51,956 nt of DNA from Thermoplasmata archaeon (GCA_028864975.1 JAGWLG010000026.1:1-51956); one strand, 5' to 3'. Counted from the first letter of the stretch, positions 7,896 to 17,933 are shown. The notes: a model not told the origin generated them from the letters alone. Translations and numbers: made by a program.

Positions 7896-8723
7896 TCAGA
7901 ATCGGACGATGCTCCCAGTACGGGTCGCTTGCCGCTCGAAGACCTGCCAGAGTCCCAGCGCCATTGCGTACGCGACGCCGCCTTCCAGTGCGGTCATGCC
8001 CCAGAGGAAGAGCACGGTAGACCCGGAGGCCCCCGCCAGGGCAGCGCGGAGAGAAGCGATCCCCCAGGTCAGGGGAAGGAGCTCGCCCGCCCACTGGAGC
8101 GGGACCGGGAGGTAGCTCAACGGGAAGTTCGCTCCCGCGAGAACGAACCCGATGAACAGGAAGATGTTCGCGATCTGGTTCGAGCTCCGCAGCCAGAGCG
8201 CGACACCCGCGAGCAGCAGCCCGAACCCGACCATCGCGACCACGGTGAGGACCAGGCTCACCGCGACGGGGAAGGTCGCCGAGATCGCGAACGGGGCGTG
8301 GAAGACGTCCACAGCATAGACCATCGAGACGGTGACCGTCGCGAGTGCGATCAGCAGAGGAACGACCCCCCTCCCGAGGTAGAGAGCGATCCGGTTCGCA
8401 GGGGAGACGAGGAGGTGCTCCATGGTCCCGGCGTTCTTCTCGCTATCCGTCGTACCGCAGATCGCAAAGACCGTGGCGTAGGTCATCGTGGCCACCGCGT
8501 TCCCAATGACCACGTAGGAGACGGGGGTCGTCGGGTTCTTCGCGAGCTCCGCCACGTAGGCAAAGAAGAGCATCTGGGTGAAGGAGAGGATGAAGACCTG
8601 TCCCACGATGAAATCGATCCGCATGAACGAAAGGCTGGTCCGGGGCGCGAAGAGCGCGTTCACCCAGAACGTTCTCCAGAACGAAGGACGAAGCGCGGGC
8701 CTGGCGAGAGGCTCAGTAGTCAT
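7896..8723 (-). CDS. ABC-2 type exporter permease
   Basis: Six TM segments with EKNAGTMEHLLVSP and LPLTWGIASLR; third gene of the ABC operon. Confidence 0.9.
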   Translation of the reverse strand: MTTEPLARPALRPSFWRTFWVNALFAPRTSLSFMRIDFIVGQVFILSFTQMLFFAYVAELAKNPTTPVSYVVIGNAVATMTYATVFAICGTTDSEKNAGTMEHLLVSPANRIALYLGRGVVPLLIALATVTVSMVYAVDVFHAPFAISATFPVAVSLVLTVVAMVGFGLLLAGVALWLRSSNQIANIFLFIGFVLAGANFPLSYLPVPLQWAGELLPLTWGIASLRAALAGASGSTVLFLWGMTALEGGVAYAMALGLWQVFERQATRTGSIVRF

Positions 8724-9522
8724 CCGCCGTCCCCCCTCCCTTGTCCGAGAGGTAGCGCACGACCCAGCGGTAGAGTCCCCAAGAAGCCACGACGTAGGCG
8801 AGCGAGAGCGCCAGGGTCCCAACAAGATCGCCCGCGACGCCCCAGGAGAGCCCCCCGTACGACGGGAAGGTCGCCGCCCGCAGGGCTTCCAGCGCCCAGG
8901 TCGCGGGGAAGGCCAGGGAGAAGGGGAGCGTCCAGAAGGGCAGGATCAGGATCGGGAACATGCAGCCGGTGATAACGTAGAAGGTGAACTCCCCGATGTT
9001 CTGGACGAACCCTGCGTAGCGGGAGAAGACGAAGAGGGCGGTGAACAGTAGCCCCACGGTGGAGAGGGCTAGCATCACCACGACGAAGAGCACGGCGAAG
9101 AGCGCCGGATCCTTGACCGGCAGCGGTCGACCGTAGGCGAGCGCTACGACGCCAAAGACCAGAGCGCCCCCGAGCAGACCCGAGATCGTGTTCCATACCA
9201 CGCGTCCGGCGACGACCCAAACGTACCCCACGGGAGCGCCCAGCGTGGGCTCGAGCGTCCCCAGGAACCGGTCCTGCGAGGTCGCCCAGCCGCTTCCGTA
9301 GAGCGTCTGGGCCCACATGCTCATCATCCCCCCTCCGAGGATCGAGAAGAGGACGAGCGTTGGGCTCGAGAAGCGGTAGATCTCGAAGGCCGTGAGCGCG
9401 AAGACGACCGGAGCAGCCGCGGAGCCGATGATCCACTGGGGGTCGGCCAGGAACTGCAGGACCGTGATCCTCAGGGACGCGAGAAAGACCCGGGGCCCCA
9501 CGACGGAGCGCACGACGGTCAA
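8713..9522 (-). CDS. ABC-2 type exporter permease
   Basis: DRFLGTLEPTLGAP and FPATWALEALR motifs; TTG start overlaps the ATPase stop. Confidence 0.88.
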   Translation of the reverse strand: MTVVRSVVGPRVFLASLRITVLQFLADPQWIIGSAAAPVVFALTAFEIYRFSSPTLVLFSILGGGMMSMWAQTLYGSGWATSQDRFLGTLEPTLGAPVGYVWVVAGRVVWNTISGLLGGALVFGVVALAYGRPLPVKDPALFAVLFVVVMLALSTVGLLFTALFVFSRYAGFVQNIGEFTFYVITGCMFPILILPFWTLPFSLAFPATWALEALRAATFPSYGGLSWGVAGDLVGTLALSLAYVVASWGLYRWVVRYLSDKGGGTADDY

Positions 9523-10499
9523 CTCGCCTCCTCCTCGACCAGGTCGAGGTAGACGTCCTCGAGCGTGGTACGCCTCTCCCGGATCTCGAGCTCCGCCCGA
9601 CTCCCCAGCGCTGACCGGACCTCCTCGAGCGCAAGGTCTCCCGTTGGGACCCGAAGCGTGAGGCGCTGCTTGGGTCCGAACTCCTCCGTAACGATCCGGG
9701 AGACCCCGGAGAGACGACGGAGCTTCTCCAGCTCGAGGTCCTCAAAACCGTACCCCTCGACCTCCAGGGTCCGGTCCCCCCCCACGAGGCGACGCAGTCC
9801 CGCCACAGTGTCTCGAGCGACGATCTTTCCCTTGGAAAGAACGGCGATGCGGTGGCAGAGCTCCTCGGCCTCGAACATGTAGTGGGAGGTGAGCAGGACC
9901 GTGACCCCGCCGGCCACTTGCTCACGGATGAGCTGGCGCATGTCCCGAGCGCTCTTCGGGTCGAGCCCGATCGTCGGCTCATCCAGAAAGAGGAGCTCCG
10001 GCTCGTGGAGGATCCCGCGTGCGAGATGCAGCTTCTGCTTCATCCCTCGGGAGAACTCTTCGACCCGTCGGTCCGCCGCTTCCGCAAGGCCCACCGTGTC
10101 CAGGACCGATCGGATCCTTTCCGCCTGACGTCCCGCGGGCACCCCGTAGAGGTCGGCGAAGTAGCGGAGGTTCTCTCGGGCGCTGATCCGGTTGTAGAGG
10201 CCTCGCTCTCCCCCCAGGACCAGGCCTATCCGGGGGCGAAGCCGTCGGGGTTCCTTCGCGACATCGACTCCCAGGACCTTCGCCGTACCCGAGGTCGGGA
10301 GTAGGAGTGTCGAGAGGATTTTCACGAGGGTGGTCTTCCCGGCCCCGTTGGGGCCTAGAAGTCCGAAAAGCTCCCCCGGGGCGACCTCGAGGTCCACCCC
10401 CTTGAGCGCTTCGGTCCGGACCTTCTCCTGAAAGAGGAAGCCCTTCCGCGACTGGTAGACGCGGCGGACCTGCTGGACCAGGATCGCCGGCTCGGACAT
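9519..10499 (-). CDS. ABC exporter ATP-binding subunit (DrrA-like)
   Basis: Walker A GPNGAGKTT, signature FSRGMKQ, Walker B LFLDEPT and SHYM. Start moved to ATG 10499. Confidence 0.95.
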   Translation of the reverse strand: MSEPAILVQQVRRVYQSRKGFLFQEKVRTEALKGVDLEVAPGELFGLLGPNGAGKTTLVKILSTLLLPTSGTAKVLGVDVAKEPRRLRPRIGLVLGGERGLYNRISARENLRYFADLYGVPAGRQAERIRSVLDTVGLAEAADRRVEEFSRGMKQKLHLARGILHEPELLFLDEPTIGLDPKSARDMRQLIREQVAGGVTVLLTSHYMFEAEELCHRIAVLSKGKIVARDTVAGLRRLVGGDRTLEVEGYGFEDLELEKLRRLSGVSRIVTEEFGPKQRLTLRVPTGDLALEEVRSALGSRAELEIRERRTTLEDVYLDLVEEEAS

Positions 10500-10696
10500 G
10501 GGAAGACCCCCCGCTTGGCGGGGGGTGGCCCTCCCGTCGGAACGTCGCCGCATAAACCCGCCGGGGATGCTGAAACCGGCCCTGCGGTCGGCAGGGGTGC
10601 TGAGGCTCCGCGAGCGGGGCCGTGAGGGCCTCCGAAAGCAGGATAATGGAGGGGGGCTCAACGACCCGCGCGAGCCCCTTGGGGGAGGAAGCGACG

Positions 10697-12214
10697 ATGA
10701 AGCTCTTCGAGTGCGTTCCCAATTTCTCCGACGGACAGCGCCCTGAGGTCATCCGAGCCATCGTGGCGGCCGCGGAATCGGTCGAGGGGATCGCGATCCT
10801 TGATCTGGAGTCCGATACAAGCCACAACCGTTCCGTCCTGACGTTCGTCGGAGAGGCCGGCCCCGTCGCCGAGGCGGCCTTCCACGCGAGCCGGGTCGCG
10901 GTGGAGAAGATCGACCTCAATCACCACAAGGGAGAGCATCCAAGGATGGGTGCGATGGACGTCGTTCCCTTCATCCCTCTGGGCGAGGCGACGATGGAGG
11001 ACGCGGTCGCCATCGCCCGTCGGTTCGGGGCTCGGGTGGCGAAGGAACTGCACGTCCCCGTCTTTTACTACGGGGGAGCCGCGACCCGACCGGAGCGCGC
11101 CGATCTGCCCAACGTCCGCGAGGGCCAGTTCGAGGGGATCCGCGAAGCCATCGCGACGGACCCGAAGAGGGCCCCCGACGAAGGGGAGCGCGCGGTACAT
11201 CCCACCGCCGGGGCGATGGCGGTGGGAGCGCGCCCGATCCTCGTCGCCTACAACGTCTATCTGACCACTCCGGATGTTGCCACCGCGAAGAAGATCGCAA
11301 AGGCGATCCGCGGGCGGGACGGCGGGCTCGCGGAGGTGCGGGCGCTGGGCTTCGAGATCAAGGAGAAGGACCGCACGCGGGCCCAGGTCTCGATGAACAT
11401 GACCGACGTGCGCCGAACGCCCCTCCACCGGGCTTTCGAGTTCATCCGCACCGAGGCGGACCGCTACGGGGTGGGGCTCGAGGAATCGGAGATCGTCGGG
11501 CTGGTGCCCGAGGACGCCTTGTTGGACGCCGCCGACCACTACCTGAAGCTGAACCGGTTCGACCGACACCTTGTTCTCGAGCGGAGGGTGCGGGAGAAGC
11601 TCGCGGCGAAGGGGCTCGGCTCCTCCTCCACCTCCTCGCTAGGTCCCCTGGCTTCGGGCAGCGTCGAAGGCTTCGCGAAGGCGCTCTCGACCCGCACCCC
11701 CACGCCCGGAGGAGGTAGCGCTTCCGCCGTGGCGGGGGCCATGGGATGTGGTCTTGCCGAGATGGTGCTCCGATACACGGCTCCTGCCGATGCCCTCGCG
11801 AGCGACTTGAAGGGCGTGGTGGGGGAGATCGCGACGTTGCGGGATGCGCTTCTGAGGGGGGTCGATGAGGACGCGCGCTCGTACGAGGCGGTTCGCACGG
11901 CCCGCTCGGCTAAGAAGGCGGCCCCCGAGGACCGGTCCAAGGTCCAGAGCTACTTGGACGCGCTCCATGCGTCGGCGGTCGTTCCGCTGGAGACGGCCGA
12001 GGCTTGCGCGAAGGCCGAGCAGCTCCTCTCGTCGGTCCGTTCCCGCGTCAAGCCGATCTTCCTCTCCGACGTCGTGACGGCGGAAGAGCTCCTGCACGCC
12101 GGGAAGGCCGGAGCGGTCGCCAACGCCGAGATCAACCTGGCGTCGCTTCGGGAAGCGGGTGCCCCCGCCGAGGACATCGCCCAGAGGCTTGCGAAGCTCG
12201 GGAAGTCGACATGA
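10697..12214 (+). CDS. ftcD: Bifunctional glutamate formiminotransferase / formiminotetrahydrofolate cyclodeaminase
   Basis: ECVPNFSDG, HNRSVLT, GEHPRMGAMDVVPFIPL, AQVSMNMTD and the cyclodeaminase motif PTPGGGSASA. Confidence 0.95.
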   Translation: MKLFECVPNFSDGQRPEVIRAIVAAAESVEGIAILDLESDTSHNRSVLTFVGEAGPVAEAAFHASRVAVEKIDLNHHKGEHPRMGAMDVVPFIPLGEATMEDAVAIARRFGARVAKELHVPVFYYGGAATRPERADLPNVREGQFEGIREAIATDPKRAPDEGERAVHPTAGAMAVGARPILVAYNVYLTTPDVATAKKIAKAIRGRDGGLAEVRALGFEIKEKDRTRAQVSMNMTDVRRTPLHRAFEFIRTEADRYGVGLEESEIVGLVPEDALLDAADHYLKLNRFDRHLVLERRVREKLAAKGLGSSSTSSLGPLASGSVEGFAKALSTRTPTPGGGSASAVAGAMGCGLAEMVLRYTAPADALASDLKGVVGEIATLRDALLRGVDEDARSYEAVRTARSAKKAAPEDRSKVQSYLDALHASAVVPLETAEACAKAEQLLSSVRSRVKPIFLSDVVTAEELLHAGKAGAVANAEINLASLREAGAPAEDIAQRLAKLGKST

Positions 12215-12975
12215 GGGCCGCCCCTCCCGGTGGCGCGGCATTCCCCCCGATGGAGCCAGGGACGGACCGCCCTTACATCTGGGTCAACTGCGCGACGAGC
12301 CTCGACGGTCGGCTCGCCTATGCCGGGGGAAAGCGAGCCCGTCTCTCTTCTCCGGAGGACATGGTGCGGGTCCAGGAGCTCCGCCTCCGTGTCGATGCGA
12401 TCCTGGTGGGCGTGGGGACGATCCTTGCCGACGACCCCTCCCTTCGGGTCCACCGGGAGTTGCTCGGAGAGGAGCCCGGCGCCACGCACGATGGCCCTCG
12501 GAGCGGCCCGCTCCGTGTCGTGCTGGACTCCCAGGGCCGCACGCCTGAGGGCGCCAAGGTCCTCGACGGCCAGCAGCCCACCGTGCTGCTCGTGTCCGAA
12601 CGTGCTCGACGGCACTTCCCCTTGTCCGTCACCACGGAGGCGTTCGGGAGGGACCGTGTGGCGCTCCGCCCCGCGCTTCGTTGGTTGAGGCAGAAGCGCG
12701 GGGTCCGCGCCCTCATGGTGGAGGGCGGATCGGAGGTCATCGCGTCGTTCCTTCGCGAGGGGCTCGTCGACCGCCTCACCATCTACTTCGCCCCCAGGGT
12801 CATCGGAGGGCGCATGGCGCCGCCGATGGTCTCGGGTACGGAGACGGAGGGGCCGGAGATGGAAGTCTCGTTGCGGTTCGTCTCGGCCGACCCCCTTGGC
12901 GAGGGTGTCCTCCTCACGTGGGAGCCCAGGGGGACGACAGGCCCCTCCGGCGGGAACTCGCCGCCGCCACGCTGA
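12211..12975 (+). CDS. RibD C-terminal-type (DHFR-fold) pyrimidine reductase
   Basis: RPYIWVNCATSLDG, DAILVGVGTILADDPSL, RVVLDS and LMVEGGSE motifs; ATGA overlap with the ftcD stop. Confidence 0.88.
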   Translation: MRAAPPGGAAFPPMEPGTDRPYIWVNCATSLDGRLAYAGGKRARLSSPEDMVRVQELRLRVDAILVGVGTILADDPSLRVHRELLGEEPGATHDGPRSGPLRVVLDSQGRTPEGAKVLDGQQPTVLLVSERARRHFPLSVTTEAFGRDRVALRPALRWLRQKRGVRALMVEGGSEVIASFLREGLVDRLTIYFAPRVIGGRMAPPMVSGTETEGPEMEVSLRFVSADPLGEGVLLTWEPRGTTGPSGGNSPPPR

Positions 12976-13024
12976 TCGAGCCGGCGCGAAGCAATGTTTA
13001 ACGCGCCCTCACGGTCAGGGGACC

Positions 13025-16000
13025 GTGGCCACCCCCGCGGCGCTCGGAGTGCCTCACGCGGCCGCAGGCTCCCTCCCGATCGGGCGGGAGCGAGAGATTC
13101 GGGCGATCGAGCAGGCGCTTCTCAGCAGCCGTGAGGGACACGGGGGGAGCCTCGTGCTCTCAGGCCCCGGAGGCATCGGGAAGACCTGCCTGCTTCAGTG
13201 GGCCGCCTCGCGAGCAAGGAGCGAGGGGTTCGCCGTCCGCTGGGGCTATGGTCTTCGCGAGACCTTGTCCCCCTTCTTCCCCTTTCAACAGCTCTTTCGT
13301 ACCTCCGGGTCCGAGCCCCGCGAGGGCTCTCCGCCCTCCGACCGGAGCTCCAGGCCCTCGCCGGCAGGAGCGGTGGAGGACGGGACCGTCCTCCTGTTCG
13401 AGGAGGAACGACCCGGTGCCTTCTACGAGACGCTCTCGCTCCTCGCGGCGGAACGACCCGCGCTCCTCGTCGGCCGCGAACGCGCCTCGAGCCTGCGCGA
13501 GCGCTACCCCGGTCTCCGTTCGCTCCAGGAGCACTTGTGGCTCTCTCGGGTCGAGGGCGAGGGGCGCATCCCCCCCAGTCCCCTAGAACTGTTGGCTGAG
13601 CGGCTGGAGCGTTCGCTCCGCGCTCGGTGGGGCTCGGTGGTGGCGCTCGAAGGCGTCGAGTACCTCACCAGCCAGAACGGCTTCGCGAACGTCCTGCGGC
13701 TGGTCCAGTTCCTTCGAGATGTCGCCGCTGAGACCACCGGCAGGCTCCTGCTTTCCATCCGACCCGGTGCGCTCACGCTCCGCGAGCTCAGTGCTCTCGA
13801 GACCGAAGGCGAGGTCCGCCGCGCAGGACACCGGGGAGCGACCCCGGGGGACGAAGGGGCGGGGACCGAGGGGGCTGCCCTCGGCTCCACCAGCGCCGAG
13901 ACCCTGCTACGTCTCCTGTCCCGCCTCGAGCGCTTCGCGTTGGAGGGACCCCAGTTGCTCATCCTGGACGACCTGCAGTGGGCAGACCCGCGGTCGGTGG
14001 TGGCGCTCGGCTTCCTCGCGCGCAACCTCCGCGCCCTTCCGGTCCTGCTCCTCTGCGCCCTTCGCGATGATGAGGAGCCTGTCGTCACCGAAGAAGGGAC
14101 CTCCCTCCCCGAGATGCTTACAGCCCTGGAACAGGAGGGGCTGCTGGAGCGGCTCGACCTGCGCGGGCTTGCCGAAGGCGATGCCGTGCGCCTGCTGGAG
14201 CGCACGCTCGGGGGCTCGCTGGAGAATCCCCGAGGGTCCGCGGCCGTGGAAGAGCTCTTGGAGCGGGCCCAGGGGAATCCCTACTTCTTGGCCGAATGCG
14301 CGAGACAGCTCGAGGAGGAACAGCTCGTGGTCCATGAGGGGGGACGGACAGAGCTCCGTCGCGCTCCCCAGGCCGCGGGAGGACCTATCGGGGCCGACGG
14401 CGCGAGAGGCATCCCTCCGAGCCTGCGACGACTCCTGCTGCGACGGCTCGAGGCGCTCCACCCCCGGGACCGGGAGTTGCTCGAGGTCGGGGCCATCGTC
14501 GGCAGCGAGTTCGACCTCACGCCGATCGTTCCGCTCCTGGGCCGGTCGGAGACGGACCTGCGGACGAGCGCTCGGGAGCTCTGCGACCGCCGTCGTCTGC
14601 TGGAGCGACGAAGGACGCCCGACGGGGAGGAACGATGGGCCTTCGTCCACCCGATGGCGTGGGAGGTGACCCTCCAAGAAAGCACCGCCGAGCGCCGCGC
14701 CCAGCTCGCGAAGGGACTTGCCTCGTGGTGGGTCCTCGCGCGTCCCGAGGAGGTCGACACCGTGGCCCGGCTCTTTCACGAAGCAGGCCATCCTTCCGAG
14801 TCCAGACCCTGGTTCCATCGGGCACTCGACCGCGCGCTCGAGGCCCGGGCGCCGGAGCTTTCCGCGACGTACATTCGCTGGCTGGGGGCCTGCCGCCGGG
14901 CCCGCGAAGCCTCCTGGCCCGAGGTGGGCCTCGTCGAGACCGAAGTGCAGGAGGAGGTCCAGGCCGCGCTCCGCCTCGACTTCCGCGGTGGCCCGCGTCT
15001 CGCCGACCAGCTGCTCGCGTCCCTCTCCGCCGAGGAGCTTCCTTCGGCCGCCCGTGTCGAGGTCCGCGCCGCGCGCTGCTGGACCATGCCGGACTTCGAC
15101 CGTGAGGGCGCGGGGGGCTGGATCGAGGCGACGAGGCGCGAGTTACCGCTCTGCCGCGCTGAACGTAGGGAGGTACTGGCCGCTAGGTTAGGCGCCGCGG
15201 AATCGGTCCTGCGGATCAAGCACGGGGACTGGGAAGGAGGACTCTCGTCCGCCCAGGACGTTCTGTCCCTCCCTGCTGGGGCGGAGGAGGATCGATGGCG
15301 GGCGAGCGGGGCGAGCTCTGCCGGGTGGTGCCTCGTCCAGCTCGGACGGTTCGCCGAGGCCCGCAAGGTCCTGGAAGCGGGGATGGACGTCGCCGAGGCG
15401 AGAGGCCTCGTCGACACCACCGCCTCGTTGTCGAACACCCACGCCTGGCTCGGCTTGCACGAGGGACATCTTCGGGAGGTCCTCGAGGACCTTGAGCGGT
15501 GCATCGTCGTCTCGGAGGCCACGGGGAACTTCCGAAGCGGGGTCGTCTACGAGGCGAACCTCGCGGGGGTCCTCTACGACGTGGGGGAGGTCGCTCGCGC
15601 CGAGGACCTCTACCGCAAGACGCTCGTGACAACGACCCGGTTCCAGTACACGAGCCAAGAGCTCGACTCGCGGGTAGGCCTCGCGGGGCTCCTGGTCTGC
15701 CAGCGGCGCTTCGACGAGGCCCGGAAGGAGGTGCAGCGGGCCGGCGAGCTCGAGCGAGAGGTCCACAGCGACGAGCACACGTTGGAGATCGACCTCCTGC
15801 GAGCCCAGGTTCTCGCCGGACAGGGAGACCTCACGGGCGCGACCGCGTTGGTCGAGGCGTTGGGAGCGAGCGGGGGTGCCCGCGACCCTACCCATCTCTC
15901 CGATCTCCACAGGGTTCGGGCGAACCTCCTGCACTTGGTCGGTCGCCGGAAGGAGGCGGGGGAGGAGCTCGACCGCGCGCTCGAGGCCGCCCGGAGCAGC

Positions 16001-16210
16001 GGGAACCGGGTCCAGGAGGCCTGGACGCTCCTCGGCATCGCGTGGCACCTGGACCGGGCCGGCGAACGGGGGCAGGGTCGAGTGCGCCAGGAAGAGGCCC
16101 GAGCGATCTACCACGAGCTCGGGTTCGAGTCGCCGCTCCCCGAGGAGGTCATGCTCGATGCCCCGGAGCCCGTCGTGCCGACCCCGCTCCCCCCGAGCGC
16201 TGCCCCCTGA
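13025..16210 (+). CDS. STAND/AAA_16-type ATPase with an inserted DUF835-like domain and C-terminal TPR-like repeats
   Basis: IGREREI, Walker A GPGGIGKT, Walker B LLILDDLQWAD, AQGNPYFLAE, helical repeats; DUF835-like WLSR..P..LE..LEGVEYLTSQNGF..LRD lies between the two Walker motifs. GTG 13025 start is tentative. Confidence 0.85.
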   Translation: MATPAALGVPHAAAGSLPIGREREIRAIEQALLSSREGHGGSLVLSGPGGIGKTCLLQWAASRARSEGFAVRWGYGLRETLSPFFPFQQLFRTSGSEPREGSPPSDRSSRPSPAGAVEDGTVLLFEEERPGAFYETLSLLAAERPALLVGRERASSLRERYPGLRSLQEHLWLSRVEGEGRIPPSPLELLAERLERSLRARWGSVVALEGVEYLTSQNGFANVLRLVQFLRDVAAETTGRLLLSIRPGALTLRELSALETEGEVRRAGHRGATPGDEGAGTEGAALGSTSAETLLRLLSRLERFALEGPQLLILDDLQWADPRSVVALGFLARNLRALPVLLLCALRDDEEPVVTEEGTSLPEMLTALEQEGLLERLDLRGLAEGDAVRLLERTLGGSLENPRGSAAVEELLERAQGNPYFLAECARQLEEEQLVVHEGGRTELRRAPQAAGGPIGADGARGIPPSLRRLLLRRLEALHPRDRELLEVGAIVGSEFDLTPIVPLLGRSETDLRTSARELCDRRRLLERRRTPDGEERWAFVHPMAWEVTLQESTAERRAQLAKGLASWWVLARPEEVDTVARLFHEAGHPSESRPWFHRALDRALEARAPELSATYIRWLGACRRAREASWPEVGLVETEVQEEVQAALRLDFRGGPRLADQLLASLSAEELPSAARVEVRAARCWTMPDFDREGAGGWIEATRRELPLCRAERREVLAARLGAAESVLRIKHGDWEGGLSSAQDVLSLPAGAEEDRWRASGASSAGWCLVQLGRFAEARKVLEAGMDVAEARGLVDTTASLSNTHAWLGLHEGHLREVLEDLERCIVVSEATGNFRSGVVYEANLAGVLYDVGEVARAEDLYRKTLVTTTRFQYTSQELDSRVGLAGLLVCQRRFDEARKEVQRAGELEREVHSDEHTLEIDLLRAQVLAGQGDLTGATALVEALGASGGARDPTHLSDLHRVRANLLHLVGRRKEAGEELDRALEAARSSGNRVQEAWTLLGIAWHLDRAGERGQGRVRQEEARAIYHELGFESPLPEEVMLDAPEPVVPTPLPPSAAP

Positions 16211-16273
16211 GGCTCGGGGGCGCCGTTTCGGAAAGGCATAAGCCTCCCCGCTGTCCGCCGGCCGGGGATAGGC

Positions 16274-17269
16274 ATGAAGCTCGGCTACTTCCTCCTGGAC
16301 GACGACCGGCACTTCGGCGCGCGGGTGCCCGACGGGTTCCTCGACCTGGACATCGCGTGCAGGGACTACTTTGCGACGAGACCGGTGAAGGGAGCGAACC
16401 CCTCGCGCTTCCGTAGCCTGACCTCCTTCCTCGAGGGCGGTGCAGACTCGGTCAAGCTCGCGAACACGATCCAGGACTACATCCAGTCCCGCAGGAAGGA
16501 GGGGTGGACCCCCCGGGCGGCGACGGGAGCCCGCTTCCTGTTCAAGGCGGAGGAGGGTGTGCGCTACCTGCCCCCGATCCTCCCTGGGGCGAAGATCTTC
16601 TGCATGGGGGTCAACTCCTACTCGCACGCGAAGGAGTCCGGGCGCGAGCCGCCGAAGCGCCCCTTCGCCTTCGCCCGCTTCACGAACACGCTCGTCGGCC
16701 ACGAGCAACCCCTGCTCTTCCAACCGGTTGGACAGAAGCCGGATGTCGAGCTCGAGCTTGGGGTCGTGATCGGGAAGACCGGTCGGAGGATCCCCAAGGA
16801 GCAGGCCCTGGACCATGTCGCCGGTTTCACGGTCGTGCACGACCTGGGCTACCGGGACCTCCAGTACCCCGAGCCGGGCGCCCACCCCGACTGGGTGATG
16901 GGCAAAGGGCTCGACATGTCCCTCGCGGTCGGTCCGATGATCGTCGCGCGCGATGAGGTTCCTGACGCGCAGGGGCTCAAGATGACCCTCACGGTCAACG
17001 GGGTCAAACGCCAGGAGGGGAGCACCGATGACTACGTGTTCAAGGTGCCCGAGGTGATCGCCCACCTCTCGCAAGGGATCACGCTCGAGGCGGGCGACCT
17101 CATCGCCATGGGGAGCCTCGGTGGCACCCCCGGGTTCGAGTTCGGGAAACCGGAGCGGATCCTCAAGGCGAGCGATGTCATCGAAGGGACCATCGACCGC
17201 GTAGGTACGCTCAAGAACGTCCTCGCCCCCGAGAAGGTCGCGGCCAAGCCCACCCCCGCGGCCGCCTGA
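16274..17269 (+). CDS. Fumarylacetoacetate hydrolase family protein
   Basis: KIFCMGVNSYSHAKE, DVELELGVVIG, WVMGKGLD, GPMIV and TLEAGDLIAMGS motifs. Confidence 0.92.
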   Translation: MKLGYFLLDDDRHFGARVPDGFLDLDIACRDYFATRPVKGANPSRFRSLTSFLEGGADSVKLANTIQDYIQSRRKEGWTPRAATGARFLFKAEEGVRYLPPILPGAKIFCMGVNSYSHAKESGREPPKRPFAFARFTNTLVGHEQPLLFQPVGQKPDVELELGVVIGKTGRRIPKEQALDHVAGFTVVHDLGYRDLQYPEPGAHPDWVMGKGLDMSLAVGPMIVARDEVPDAQGLKMTLTVNGVKRQEGSTDDYVFKVPEVIAHLSQGITLEAGDLIAMGSLGGTPGFEFGKPERILKASDVIEGTIDRVGTLKNVLAPEKVAAKPTPAAA

Positions 17270-17292
17270 CGCAACGAACGGCGGCGAGCCTC

Positions 17293-17913
17293 ATGTTCGA
17301 GAAGTTCGAAAGCTGGACGCTCGTCTCGCCGGGTCCGCCGGAGCTCTTCACGGCCTCGTGGAACTTCTGGTCGCAGCGCGGCTACCGGCTCATGTCCACA
17401 GGTCCGGCGAGCTTCCAGGGACGTTCGTTCTACTCGCGTCTCGGCCTCTACCGCGTCGTGGACGTGACCGTGGTTCCGGCGGGGACCGGCGCGATGGTGC
17501 AGTTCCGTTATCGCGCCGACGTGAGCGAGGCGGGGGCCGTAGGAGGGGTCGTGGCCGCCGTCATCCTCTTCCCGGTCGCGGTCGTCGGCGGCGCCATCAG
17601 CTGGCACCAGTACGAGACCGACTTCGAGAACGAGCGATGGGCCTTCTGGAACTACCTGACCGCACAGATGCATGTGGCTCCCGCCGCGAACACGGTCGCG
17701 CCGCTTCCCCCTCCTCCCGAGGCCACCCCGGTCGCCTCCGCACCGGCCGCAGCAGCTCCGGCCCCCGCGACCTCAGCCCCCGCGGCAACCCCCGCCGCGG
17801 CTCCTCTCCCATCGGGGGGGAGCCCCGCCCCCACCGGTAGTTGCCCCGCCTGCGGCAAGCCCCTCGCGGGGGAGGGGAAGTTCTGCCACTCCTGCGGGGC
17901 GAAGATCGGTTGA
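17293..17913 (+). CDS. Membrane protein with Ala/Pro linker and C-terminal zinc ribbon
   Basis: Hydrophobic GAVGGVVAAVILFPVAVVGG segment; terminal CPACG..KFCHSCG. Confidence 0.8.
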   Translation: MFEKFESWTLVSPGPPELFTASWNFWSQRGYRLMSTGPASFQGRSFYSRLGLYRVVDVTVVPAGTGAMVQFRYRADVSEAGAVGGVVAAVILFPVAVVGGAISWHQYETDFENERWAFWNYLTAQMHVAPAANTVAPLPPPPEATPVASAPAAAAPAPATSAPAATPAAAPLPSGGSPAPTGSCPACGKPLAGEGKFCHSCGAKIG

Positions 17914-17933
17914 GCGCGAACTGAGAGCGTCCG

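Noticed and set aside
16190-16220. 9-bp GC hairpin CCCCCGAGC/GCTCGGGGG across the STAND stop codon
   Set aside because: No U-tract, and such stems are frequent at this GC content; not called a terminator.
15188-17074. 628-aa minus-strand ORF
   Set aside because: Antisense to the STAND and FAH genes; typical stop-poor shadow frame in high-GC DNA with no motifs.
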